Shown here piece by piece: positions 24,069 through 36,262 of a DNA stretch of 64,000 bases. The stretch comes from Mobula hypostoma (lineage: Eukaryota), in NCBI RefSeq assembly GCF_963921235.1, contig NC_086108.1, forward strand, positions 99,946,001-100,010,000, given 5' to 3'. The translations under genes were made by a program, and so were the position numbers. The notes below the pieces were generated by a model that was not told the origin of the DNA, did not search any database, and saw only the letters and a list, made by a program, of their open reading frames with translations. How positions within the stretch are numbered: position 1 is the stretch's first letter; every line of letters begins with the position of its first letter.

Positions 24069-25998
24069 ATAGATGTTTCCTAGGGCTTTTTTTTTGTTTT
24101 TCTTTCTGATTTTTCAGCATCTACAATTTTGTTTCCTTCCAGCATCTTCAGTATTTTCTTTTTGTGTTAGACTGTGAGGAGAAGTAAGGCACGATCATGA
24201 AGAACTGTTCTTGAAGTCTGAGGAACACCTATTGCATTGGAGATAGGGAATGAGTATGGTACCAGGAGAAGGGAGACGAGGGAAGACTTGAACCTATATT
24301 TTCAGCATCAAAGCCCCCGATGACAGAATGAAGCCTCCAGCCGTACAACTTCATTACCATCCTAAGCTCCAGTGTAACAGTTCTGTCCCACCCTGGGGAA
24401 TGGTGTGTCAGGGGCAGAAATCTTACAGCTTTAAATTCCAGTCTGCAATAACCAAAGCAGACCTCTCCAAAATGAAGCTCCATTTCCGTGCAATTCCCAC
24501 ATTCTCGCACGACACTGTTCCCGAGCTTACAGAACTGCTTTTTTTTTATTGTGTTGTCACATGCTGTCTCACCGGTCATTAGTCGCCATCTTCCCATGGC
24601 GAAAGCACTACAAGGAAACCTCCAAGTTGAGATACAAGAATCAATACGTTAATTCCTCAGCATCACAGCTGTCAGGTTTAAACATTTTGTTTAACGTAGC
24701 CGGGAATGTTTAATCTGGCGGCTTGGCTGAGTGTGTTTCCTTTATCCTGGAGGCTCTTTTCTCCCTGCTGTCAGAGCAAGGAGCTGTTGCTGTCAATTTA
24801 TCAATGTTCTGTGCACTACTGGGCACAGTTTGGGTTTCCCATTAGGACAGGTGCCTCAATCCATCACCAGCGAGTCGGTCATTCCACACTGTCATAGGAC
24901 TAAATGGAGCCTACAGTTAAAGGTAAACAAATCTCACTACAAATGTTAAAATTCACTGAGCAAGCGATATGATGCAGCACCACCTGAAACGTAGCCTTCC
25001 GCAGCCTTAGCTAATAAAGGTGTTGATTTGCACAAGTGTTTGTCTTGGGCTTATCTGACTTCTATGCGGAGAGGGAAGCAGTAAGTGCTTTTTAAAAAAT
25101 TGTTTCACACCATCCTGACTGGGAAATGTATCACCGTTGTTGAGTCAAAATGCTGGAACTTCTCCCTACCAGTAACAAGGGTAAAACCACACCTTAAGGA
25201 CTGCAGTGGTTTGAGAAGGCCTTCTCCGCCACCTTCTCAAGGGCAACAAGAAGATCAGATTCAGATTCAGGTTTATTTATCACATGTACTTTGAAACATA
25301 CAGTGAAATATGTTCTTTGCCTTAACAACCAACACATCCTAGGTGCTGGAAGCAGCCTGCAAGTGTCCATATGCATTCCGGCAGCAACGTATGCCCACAA
25401 TCCTTGGCAGAACACAACAAAACAGAACATACCAATGAAGAACAATGAAACAAACCCCATTTCTCCTTCCCTTCTACCCACACACCCAAGCACATACACA
25501 GTCCTTTAACTCCAGAATAGGTCATCTTCAGCCTCCAGCCTCCAACAAACTCATGGGTTCGCAGACACTGGGCCCAACTTCCCCAGTGGACTTGCAGAGA
25601 TTCACAGACTTAGATTCCGGTCATTGGGCCTCAACCAGACTTCCAATCGACCATTGGCTGCAATCTGGTTCTCTGGCATAATCTGGACTTCCAATCAGCC
25701 TTCAGGTGTTTCTCCATACCTCTGACTAACCTGATGGCAAATTAAATCCTGGCTTAGTCTGCAAAGACCACATCTCAAAGTTCAAAGTATTATCAAAGTA
25801 TGTTAACATTATGCAACCTTGAGATTCATCTCCTTACGGGCAGCCACAAAAGAAAGAAACCCAAAAGAACTCATAAAAACAAGAAGACTGCTGAAAACCC
25901 AATGTGCAGAGAGAAAAAAAGACAAATCGTACAAACAATAAAAGTAAGCAAAAAGCATTCAGAACAAAAGTGAATTGATAGACATGAAGCTGGGAGTA

Positions 25999-26693
25999 GC
26001 CAGAGCAGGCCACAGCCTCATTCTCAGTTCAGTGCAGAGCCGAGTAAACATCATGGAGCCCGGAGCAGGCCACAGCTTCAGCTTCAGTTCAGTGCAGAGC
26101 TGAGTAAACATCATGGAGCCCGGAGCAGGCTTCAGCTTCAGTTCAGTGCAGAGCTGAGTAAATGTCTTGGAGCCCGAAGCAGGCCACAGCCTCATTCTCA
26201 GTTCAGTGCAGAGCCGAGTAAACGTCATGGAGCCCGAAGCAGGCCACAGCCTCATTCTCAGTTCAGTGCAGAGCTGAGTAAACATCATGGAGTCCGGAGC
26301 AGGCCATGGCCTCATTGTTAGTTCAGGGCAGAGCCGAGTAAATATCATGGGGCCCAGAGCAGGCCACAGCCTCATTGTTAGTTCAGGGCAGAGCTGAGTA
26401 AACATCATGGAGCCTGGAACAAGCCACAGCTTCAGTCTCAGTTCAGCACAGAGCCAAGTAAACGTCATGGAGCCCGGAACAGGCCACAGCTTCAGCTTCA
26501 GTTCAGCGCAGAGCCAAGTGAACATCATGGAGCCCGGAGCAGGCCACAGATTCATTCTCAGTTCAGTGCAGAGCCAAGAAACGTCATGGAGCCCAGAGCA
26601 GGCCACCGTTTCAGCCTCAGTTCAGTGCAGAGCAGAGTAAACATCATGGAACCTGGAGCAGACCACAGCTTCAGCCTCAGTTCAGTGCAGAGC
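25999..26693. repeat. 60-bp minisatellite, about 11.5 units
   Basis: Unit ~AGCCGAGTAAACATCATGGAGCCCGGAGCAGGCCACAGCCTCATTCTCAGTTCAGTGCAG; one 51-bp and one 59-bp unit. Confidence 0.97.
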
Positions 26694-27009
26694 TTGAATA
26701 AATATTAAAAGGGGATATTGATATGCCAATGGAACACAGAACGTAAGACAGTAGAGCATGGGAGCATTTGGCCCATGACATCGGCACCAAATGATGCCAA
26801 GTTAAACTAAATCTCTTCTAGCAGCACACGATCCATTTCTCTCCTTTTCCTTTCCCTGCATATGCATCTAGCAGCCTCATAAATGCCACTGTTTTATCTG
26901 CCTCCACCCTATCTATGCCAACCCGCTCTCTGGTTAAAAAAAAACTTGCCTTGCACATCCCCTTTAATCTTTTCCCTCTCAAGTTAGATGCACACTCTTT
27001 GATAATTCA

Positions 27010-27310
27010 GTTATTTATTTATTTATTGATTGATTGATTGATTAATTGAGATACAGCATAAAAGGGGCCCTTCCTGCCCTTTGAGCCACGGTGCATATCA
27101 ATCCCCTCGTTTAATCATGGGACAATTTACAATGACCAAATTAACATACTAACCAGTCTTTGGACTGTGGGAGGAAACTGGAGCACCTGGAGGAAACCCA
27201 ACCAGTGACAGGGAGCACATACAAACCCCTTACAGGCAGCCGTGGGAATTGAACCTTGGTTGCTGGTACTGTGAAGTATTTTGCCAACCACAATGCTACC
27301 GTGATGCTCC
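27010..27310 (-). mobile_element. tRNA-derived V-domain SINE (HE1-like), CR1-type tail
   Basis: Reverse complement of the V-domain (GTCTTTGGACTGTGGGAGGAAACTGGAGCACCTGGAGGAAACCCA), B-box GGTTCAATTCC, (AATC/AATA)n tail. Confidence 0.85.
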
Positions 27311-27904
27311 TTATTACTAGTCAAGGAGAAAGATTCTCAATCTCTACCCAACCTACTCCTCTCATCATTTTAAGTTCAAGTTTAATTATCATTCAACCAG
27401 ATATAAATACAGCAAAACAAAACAACCGTCTCCCAGAGCCAAGGAGGAAAGAGCAGTACCAACAGTTATACACAGCACAAGGCACATATAAGATAGCAGT
27501 AAAAGTACAGTCACACAAAAAATATAATTTAGCCCAAGTCCCTGTCCACTGATATTGTTGGGAAAAACAAGCCCGCAGCAGTCTGCTAACAAACACAATC
27601 CAGCTTGTCTACCATTGAGTGAACACTGGAGTGCAGTACCGATGGAAGAGGCCAGTCCCCAATCCCGCATGGATGCCGTGCCATATCACATCCGGCGTCA
27701 CCTCTCCTGGGTGGCTGTAACAGGCGACACTGTGGCACGAGGCCTAGTCCACGCTACAACAAAAGCCATGCAGCCACCCACCCCCACAAATCATCGTCTC
27801 AACAATAAACCAGTGAACCAGACTTGCAGTATGCTACATTATAAGCTTCTATCAGTTCTCCTTTCAGCCTTGTGGTACCACTTAGCCAGATTCTCAACTC
27901 ACTC

Positions 27905-28215
27905 CTATATGTTGATTGTCAACACTTTTGATTCAACCAACAACAGTGATGTTATCTGCAAACGTAAACATGGCATTGTAGCTGTACTTAGCCACACAGT
28001 CATATGTATAAACTGAGTAGAGCAGGGGGCCAAGCACACAGCCTTTTGGCGCACCTGTGCCGCTGGAGATGGTGGAGGATGGCGTTGTTGCCAATCCAAA
28101 CTGACTGGGGTCTGCCGGTGAGGACATCGAGGATCCAACTGCACAAGGTGGTATTGAGGCCTGAGTCTTGGAGCTTATAGATTAGATTTGAGGGGACAAT
28201 CGTGTTGAACGAGAT
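27905..28215 (-). mobile_element. Rex1/Babar-like RT fragment
   Basis: [34 protein letters not shown]. Confidence 0.8.
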
Positions 28216-28689
28216 TTTGATCAACTAATGTTAAAGATTCGCATTTGGCTTGGCACTGGAGTAGCTTGCGATGTTAAGGGCATTTTATAAATGGAAGCTT
28301 TTGCAGTAGAATATCTTCAGTCCCACGTCAGGCACTTGCACATGTTGGAGCCCCCTCCCAGTGCACTCGATTCCACCCCTGATTTTGGTCTCTCTGGAGG
28401 CCAAGTGCATTCTGTTAATTACTGCTAATTATTTTAGGATTTTGCTACAATTCCTGTCGAATGGCATCTGCTCCCTCGTGCATTTCATTAGAAGCGTGTC
28501 AGGCAGGTGGGAAGCTGAGTAAAAGTGGCAGAGATCAGGAGATCAGCAAAAAATGTAGGTTAGTGTCTGCGGGGAGATGTACAGATTGGAGTGGAATCCC
28601 ACTACGACAAATAGCGAATGGCAAGATTGTACAGCGTGTACTTGAGGTTAAGACAGATTTATAAACTTTTTTAGATGTAGAATAGCACC

Positions 28690-29035
28690 ATGATAGCACA
28701 GCAGCCCCAGTTCAATCCCACCACTTTCTGTTAAGTGTTTGTACGTTCTCCCCGTGACCGCTTGGCTTTTTTCCGGGTGCTCCCACATTCCACGGTGTAC
28801 GCTTGTGCTGTGTCTTGCACCTTGGTCCCTGTGGAATGTTATTTTGTTTATCTGTGGGCACGTTTATCGCTGGATGACAATAAACTTGAACTGGCACGTA
28901 GGGTTAGTGGGCATGCTGTGTAGCCACCAGAAGCATGGTGCACTTGTGGGCTACCCAGAGCAATCTTTGCTAATTTGATTTGATGCACTTCACTGTATGC
29001 TTCACTGTACATGTGACAAATTAATCTAATCTTTA
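28690..29035 (+). mobile_element. V-domain SINE, tail type 2, with a ~100-bp LINE-tail insert
   Basis: GTTCAATCCC B-box, TTTGTACGTTCTCCCCGTGACCGC...GGGTGCTCCCACATTCC, tail TTCACTGTATG...GTACATGTGACAAAT. Confidence 0.75.
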
Positions 29036-29417
29036 ATCTGAAATCACTCTTACAATATTTAAAAACACACTGGCCAGTTTCACTGCTGATGGTGTCAATG
29101 AGGGCCTTGTGTTATAAAACTGTTCTTTTACCCGTTGAAGTGGTTGAGAGCCTCTTCGGACTCTGCTTCACATACTGGCCATGATTGTTCACAGGCAGTA
29201 CACTTGAAGTGATAAGCAAAACTTCAGCTTAATAACTCTCGCAGTAGCTCTAGGTCACTTCTCAAAATAGGGTCATAGAGTTATACCAAACCGAAACGGC
29301 CCTTTTGGCCCACCAGGTCTATCCCACCCATTGTATCCATCTATACCAATCAGAACAACACACACATAAAATGCTGGTGAACGCAGCAGGCCAGGCAGCA
29401 TCTCTAGGAAGAGGTAC

Positions 29418-29453
29418 AGTCGACATTTCGGGCCGGGACCCTTCGTCAGGACT
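29418..29453 (-). ncRNA. Minimal type I hammerhead ribozyme motif (helix III palindrome mutated)
   Basis: AGTC CTGACGA A GGGTCCCGGCCC GAAA TG TC GACT; ACGT changed to ATGT by a CpG transition. Confidence 0.65.
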
Positions 29454-30344
29454 AACTGAGAGAAGAGCTGGTAAGAGATTTGAAAGTGGGAGGGGGAGGG
29501 GGAGATCTGAAATGACAGGAGGGGGAGAGATGGAGCTAAGAGCTGGAAAGTTGATCGGCAAAAGGGATACGAGAGGATCATGGGACGGGAAGCCTGGGGA
29601 GAAAGAGAAGGGGGGAGGGCAGCCTGGAGGGTGGAGAGCAGGCAAGGAGTTACAGTGAGAGGGAGAGAGGGAGAGAAAAGAGAGAGAGAGAGAGAGAAAA
29701 AAGGGGGAAAAATAAAAAATATTTAAAAAATATTAAATAAATAAATAAGGGATGGGGTGTGTAGGGGAGGAGGGGCATTAACGGAGGTTAGAGAAGTCAA
29801 TACTCATGCCATCAGGTTGGAGGCTACCCAGTCGGAATATAAGGTGTTGTTCCTCCAACCTGAGTGTGGCTTCATCTTTACAGTAGAGGAGGCCGTGGAT
29901 AGACATATCATGATGGGAACGTGACGTGGAATTAAAATGTGTGGCCACTGAGAGATCCTGATTTCTCTGGCGGACAGAGCGTAGGTGTTCAGCGAAATGA
30001 TCTCCCAGTCTGCGTCAGGTCTCGCCAATATACAGAAGGCCACATCGGGAGCTCTGGATGCAGTATATCACCCCAGCCGACTCACAGGTGAAGTGTCACC
30101 TCACCTGGAAGGACTGTCTGGGGCCCAGAATGGTGGTAAGGGAGGAAGTGTAAGGGCATGTTTAGCACTTGTTCCGCTTACAAGGATAAGTGCTGGGAGG
30201 GAGATCGGTGGGAAGGGATAGGGGGGGACGAATGGACAAAGGAGTCGCGTAGGGAGCGATCCCTGCGGAAAGAAGAGAGGGGGTAGAGGGAAAGATGAGC
30301 TTGGTGGTGGGATCCTGTTGGAGGTGGCGCAAGTTACGGGGAAT

Positions 30345-30838
30345 AGAACATAGAACATAGAACATAGAACAATACAGCACAGTACAGGCCCTTCGGCCCA
30401 CAAGGTTGTGCCGACCCTTAAACCCTGCCTCTCATATAAACCCCCACCTTAAATTCCTCCATATACCTGTCTAGTAGTCTCTTAAACTTCACTAGTGTAT
30501 CTGCCTCCACCACTGACTCAGGCAGTGCATTCCACGCACCAACCACTCTCTGAGTAAAAAACCTTCCTCTAATATCCCCCTTGAACTTCCCACCCCTTAC
30601 CTTAAAGCCATGTCCTCTTGTATTGAGCAGTGGTGCCCTGGGGAAGAGGCACTGGCTATCCACTATCTATTCCTCTTATTATCTTGTACACCTCTATCAT
30701 GTCTCCTCTCATCCTCCTTCTCTCCAAAGAGTAAAGCCCCAGCTCCCTTAATCTCTGATTATAATGCATACTCTCTAAACTAGGCAGCATCCTGGTAAAT
30801 CTCCTCTGTACCCTTTCCAATGCTTCCACATTACATGT
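30345..30838 (-). mobile_element. Young CR1 3' end nested in the PLE
   Basis: (TTCTATG)n tail, ALERVQRRFTRMLP...TRGHGFKV..FFTQRVVGAWNALP; GGAAT at both flanks (30340-30344, 30839-30843). Confidence 0.93.
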
Positions 30839-31789
30839 GGAATTATATGTTGGACCCGACTGGTGGGGTGAATAGGTTAGGACAAGGGGAACCCTATTCC
30901 TAGTGGGGTGGTGGGAGGATGGGGTGAGAGCAGATGTGCGTGAAATGGGAGAGATGCATTTGAGAGCAGAGTTGATGGTGGAGGAAGGGAAGCCTCTTTC
31001 TTTAAAAAAGGAAAACATGTCCTTCATCCTGGAATGAAACCTAATCAGAATTCCTTCATCCTAATCAGAATCAGGTTTAATACCACTGGCATATATCATG
31101 AAATTTGTTGTTATGTGGCAGCAGTACATTGCAAAACATAATAATAAACAACTGTAAATTACAGTAAGGATATATGCTAAAAAAATTTAATAAATAGTGC
31201 AAAAAGAGGGAAAATGTGTAGTGTGGTGGGAAATAGCCCCTTTCCTCCCCCCCCCACTCACATCCAACCCCAGGATAGGCTGCCTTTGGGCCTCCAGCCT
31301 CCAATGAGTACACACTCTAGCAGACATTCCGCCTCCGACTTCCCCAGTGGATTCGCAGACTTGCAGGCCCAGAGCCTCGGCTCCCAGACATCCGAACGAC
31401 CTTTGAGCTTCGAGCTTCAGCATCAGCCCTGGGACTTGCTGAGGACAGGATCCCAAATTCCACAGGCCTCGATCACTGGACTCGCCAACTCGCATACCTG
31501 AGAGGAACTGAGAGAATCTTTTCCTCCACCACCCCCTCAGGAAACGCATACCGGACTCCAAGCACTTTCTGTGTGAGAAAACTTCCCCTCATTTCTGCTT
31601 ATAGAGTCATAAAGCTTTACAGCACACAAACAGGCCCTACGGCTCAGTTCATCCATGCTTTCCCAAGCTGGGCCCCCTTGCCTGCATTTGGCCTTTATCC
31701 CAGCCTTTTATTTAATGCCATGGACCAATATCATTAAGCAAAGAGGTCCGTAGATCCCAGGTTGGGTACCCCTGCTTTCAATCTTCACT

Positions 31790-32080
31790 ATCTACTTCTA
31801 TTATGACACATTGGTGCATTCAGAGACACATCCACGACAGACTGGGTAAGGTTGGCAGATATGCTTCCCTGTAAAACGTTGGCCGACTGATAGGTTTTCA
31901 TTGTGGTTTCATGGTTACCTTTCCTAAAACTGGCTTTTATTTAAAGTGCCATGTTTTTTTTTTGTTTAATTCAATTAATTGTATTTGAACTTCATGGTGA
32001 AATTCAAACTCAGGTCTCTGGATCAATGAGGCAGGAGTCTGACTGGTAGTCCAGTCACTGAACTACCATGCTACCATACC
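31790..32080 (-). mobile_element. Old tRNA-derived SINE of a second family
   Basis: Minus-strand head GGTAGCATGGTAGTTCAGTGACTGGACTACC...GAGTTTGAATTTC; related decayed pieces at ~35140-35295 and ~42135-42295. Confidence 0.5.
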
Positions 32081-33955
32081 CTCTGAGCATTAGATGCACC
32101 CACTAATTGTCTGCCTAAGTTATACACTCGCGTCTCAGAAGCGGAGGTTAAAAGCACTTCTGAGTCAGAGGCAGGTCCCACCACAGACTGACGCCTTTAA
32201 CTCAGCTGCATGTGGTCTCTAATGGTTGAGGTGCTGTTAGCAACCACGTACAAAACTGATTCCTATGGATTATTGGACACAGTAATTCTCTGCATGTGAA
32301 CCCAGCGACAAAAGGAGTCTATGCCAGCGTTCGCAAAGGGAGAGCGGCGAGATTATATTAAAGATTTCTCAAGAGTGCTTTTGCAGCTGATGGAAGCCTT
32401 TTTACTTAACAAGTAGAATTGAATTAGAAATCCAGCATTTACAAAAATCATGTTGAGAGCTCCTCTTTGATGTTTACTCTGGTTTCATTTCATAATTTAA
32501 GTGTCCGAGTATGCTTTTACAGTAAATGAAGCTGAGATGTTCTACTTGTTATGAATTCCATTGATCAAGAAAACTATATCAAGCTCCATTAGTGCCTAAC
32601 ACGGTGACAGAACACAAATATAACCTGGTAAAATGCTTATTAAAGGCTCAGCTGACTAGATATTTTTTTACTTCGATGAAAAATATACAGTAATCTGTGG
32701 GCAATTTATCCAGGGAATGTGATCTGTAAATCTATCCAGCTGCCTTCTCGTGTGGAGGAGATCCGAGACGTGCCGGTCACATTTCACTTGTCATATTGCC
32801 AGACTTGCAAAATCTTGTGTAACCCGTAAAAAGTGTTGAGAAAAAAAAAGGGAAAGGAAACCAACTATCTCTACTGTGCAGAGATGCATTAGGACAGATT
32901 GTACGGAGTAGTTCAAAAATAGTTCAAAACAAAAGGAGAAGGATTTGACTTCTAATTGACCTAATGTGGTACTCTTCCTACTTGTCTCAAACAGACGCAG
33001 GTGATTTCTTAGTTTTAAGAGTCACACAAATTAAATGCATAGGGCATAAGCATACGGTGGTCTAATGCTTCTGCAATATTCAAAGACCGTACCCTTCAAG
33101 GTAATTTTGGAGGTGTATCAATGTACAGTATCTATCACATGCCAGGTATCACACTCAAGGCATCAGACTTCAGTATTTACAAACCTGATGTAACATGCTA
33201 GTCATTATATGTTGGCCATGACCCACCAGACATTACTCTCCTGATTTCAAAGCAAATTTTATTATCAAAGTACAAATATGTCACCATATACAACCCGCAG
33301 ATTAATTATCCTGTGGGCATGCTCATCAAATCTATAGAATAGCAGGACCCAGCATGTCAGTACAATTGCAACGAAAGGATGGCAGCTCTCTCTGGGCATC
33401 GTTCTCTGGATATTATTCCGAGGACATCACCTTCCAATTATCATCCTCCGGGCATCGGATGTCACTCTACAGATGTGGATCTCTACATATCACTATCTAT
33501 CCCCTCTTTTCTGGACTTCGTCCTCAAGATGTCACCCAGTGGAAATCATTCTGCAGCTATCATTCTCCAGCCGTCACTTTCTGGGCATTATTCCTCAAGA
33601 TCTCTCTCTGGACAACAGTCCGAACATCACAGACACAAGAGGTACTACAGATGCTGGAAATCTAGAGCAACGCACACAATGAGCTGGAAGAGCTCAGCAG
33701 GTCAGATGCAGCCAAAGATAATAAATTACCAGGTCCAATTTGTTGTTCGTTGTTTAAAAGAAACAAAATCATACACATCAATGAGACTTATTTCTCATGT
33801 ACTGTATGACAGCATGTAATATCAGTCTTTTCACATGTTATTAAAGTTGTTTGAAATGGTCCTTAAGCCATTCCACTTTTTAAATCAACGAGCAGTTTGC
33901 TTGTGCTTCACACCCTTTGCTTCTTTGGAATTCAAGGTCATGAATCAATGATTTC

Positions 33956-34150
33956 TCAATAAGAACAATATAAATAAGCCAATTCTAAAATCTGCAGACA
34001 AATCATCACAAACTCCAAATTATCAACACTGTCCGTGTCAGAAATCGGAAATAGAAATGTGACTGTGTACGATCGTGAAATATACTTAACATGCCAACGA
34101 GATAGAGGGTGACAACCTTTTGTGCGCACGCACACCTTAGAGGGAACATT
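33956..34150 (-). mobile_element. hAT-type element end, homologous to 4355-4700
   Basis: Ends in TIR TTAGAGGGAACATTG; internal sequence is the reverse complement of 4430-4600; may extend left to ~33715. Confidence 0.75.
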
Positions 34151-34564
34151 GATCATCAATATCTTCACATAAACCAGAATCTTTACCAATGGCAAGACTC
34201 TCTCATCTTGTAGATTCTACGATAAGTAGCCTGTGTTGGTTATGGCTTAGCAATAGCATTTGTGTCTTTGAAACTAATCCTTGTGGGTTCAAATTCATCT
34301 CCAGAGCCTTTTAACTGAAAATCCGGATTGACATAAAAGATTACCTAACACCGCTACAATGTAGAATTGAGAATCACTCTGTATTATCTATTTATCCTTC
34401 AACCACATTTCTAAAGGAGGTTGCCTGGGTACTACACATTGCTGCTAATGAAAGTTTGCTCAAAACTAATGACTGAACTTCAGAAGTTCTTTATTGACTG
34501 GTACTTTGTGATGTACCAATGTTTTGAAAGATTAGAGAAATTTTGTTTTGTATCTATCTGTAAC

Positions 34565-35024
34565 AAGAAACCAGTATCCATTATCAAGAACTCTACCCCA
34601 CCCCCCACCAGCCCACCATCTAGGCCATTCTCTCTTCCTGCTGCTGCCATCAAGAAGGAGATACAGGACTCGCAGGTCCCATACCACCAGGTTCAGGAAC
34701 AGTTATTACCCTCCAACCATCAAACTCCTGAACCAGTGTGGATAACTTCAGTCACCACAACACTGAACTGATTATTCAATACAACCTATGAAATCCACAG
34801 CTTATGATCTCATTATTATTTACCTATGCATTTATTTGTTTATTTTTACTGTACTTGTTTCATTTCATATTTGCACACTTTGCCAGTCTTGTTTGTAATT
34901 TTTCACTGATTCTATTGTACGCCTTTGTTCTACTGTGAATGCCTGCAAGAAAATAAATTTCAGGATGGTATTTGGTGACATATGCGTACTTTGAGAATAA
35001 ATTTACGTTTGACTTTGAATTTGA
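34565..35024 (+). mobile_element. Rex1/Babar-like 3' fragment
   Basis: HHLGHSLFLLLPSRRRYRTRRSHTTRFRNSYYPPTIKLLN plus 3' UTR and (GACTTT/GAATTT) tail. Confidence 0.82.
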
Positions 35025-36262
35025 CTATCTGTGTATCTACTGTATCTGTCTGTCCATCCATCTATCTATCTAACCTAGCTATCTGTGTGAGTACACTTTT
35101 ATTCATGTATCTGTGTAAGTTTGATAATAGACTTTCAGTCTGAATTCTGACCTATTGATCTACCACAGCAGCTGGAGAATTTAAGTTCAAGTAATGAAAC
35201 GTTTCTGGTATTAACACAGGTCCCAGTAATTGTCGCTGTGAATCCCAACCAGATCCCAAATATCTTTTCAGGAGGAAATTTATTATCCTTGCTCCATCTA
35301 CCATTGAGTAGAATCTTATATTGTAAAAATAAGGATACATTGTTGAAGCTTTATAAGGCATTGGTTAGACCACACATGGAGTATTGCAGCAGTTTTGATT
35401 CTTATATCTACGAAAGGATGTCAGGATCAGTGATATTAAACTGGCATATGTCGTGAAATTTGTTTTGTGACAGCAGTACATTGTAATGCAAAATAATAAA
35501 AAGATCTATAAATTACATTATGTGTATACAGCATATGATAAAATTAAATTATGGAACCAACTGTGGAAACACTTGGAGTAGGATGAGCGTTCCAGTCATT
35601 CATTTTGAGGGAGGAAAGTTCAATAATGATCATTGTTTGATGTTAATATGGCCCACAGCTTGTCTGACTTGTGCTGGATGGCCTTTGTAATTGTGTTCTT
35701 CCAGGATATTTCCAGCCCAGATAACTTGCCCATCCCAATCGGTTTTCCGAGTTTCTCTTCCATTGTCTGAACATAATGCCATGAGCTGGCTTGATAGTCA
35801 TTCTATTATTCTGTCAGTCCATTAATCAAATAACAACAGTCTGGTGGCTACAGTAAGACATCCTGCCGCCGCCCTTCTATCCTCATCTCCAACATCAAAC
35901 GTGAAAAGACTTTGTTCCTAAATACGAGGCCGCTTGCTCAGTCTCTCCCTTTTCTGACCTTGCCTGCACTTTGGAGTTTCCTCAGTTCTTTTCCAGATCC
36001 ACCTTTGCCTTTTCAACCACCGTCCTCACACGTCATTTATATAGAACGTACACAGTGCTCACCGTTCCGCTCTACTCTAAGATCAATCTAACCCTTCCAT
36101 CCTACATGGCCTCTCCATGTGCCTATCTAAGAGTTTCTTAAAGGCCTCTGAATCTACGTTTCAAACACCCACCCAGCTCTGTGTAAAGAACTTATCTCTG
36201 ACATCCACACCATGCTTTCCTCCATTCACCTTAAGGTTATGTTACCTGTATTAGACATCTCT

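Larger units (their letters stand above)
29356..31042 (-). mobile_element. Penelope-like retroelement, 5'-truncated: RT thumb/linker, GIY-YIG endonuclease and pLTR with hammerhead
   Basis: My translation of 30120-29778 (minus): HFTCESAGVIYCIQSSRCGLLYIGET*RRLGDHFAEHLRSV...VATHFN...RLEEQHLIFRLGSLQPDGMSIDF; upstream FFKERGFP...RVPLVLTY (30850-31027); AATCAGAA at both flanks (29348-29355, 31043-31050). Confidence 0.93.

Noticed and set aside
25959..26606. 215-aa repetitive ORF as a real gene
   Set aside because: It is the translation of a 60-bp minisatellite inside a mobile element; no recognisable domain or splice context
25999..26693. CRISPR-like array
   Set aside because: Units are contiguous with no unique spacers, there are no cas genes, and the context is a vertebrate genome
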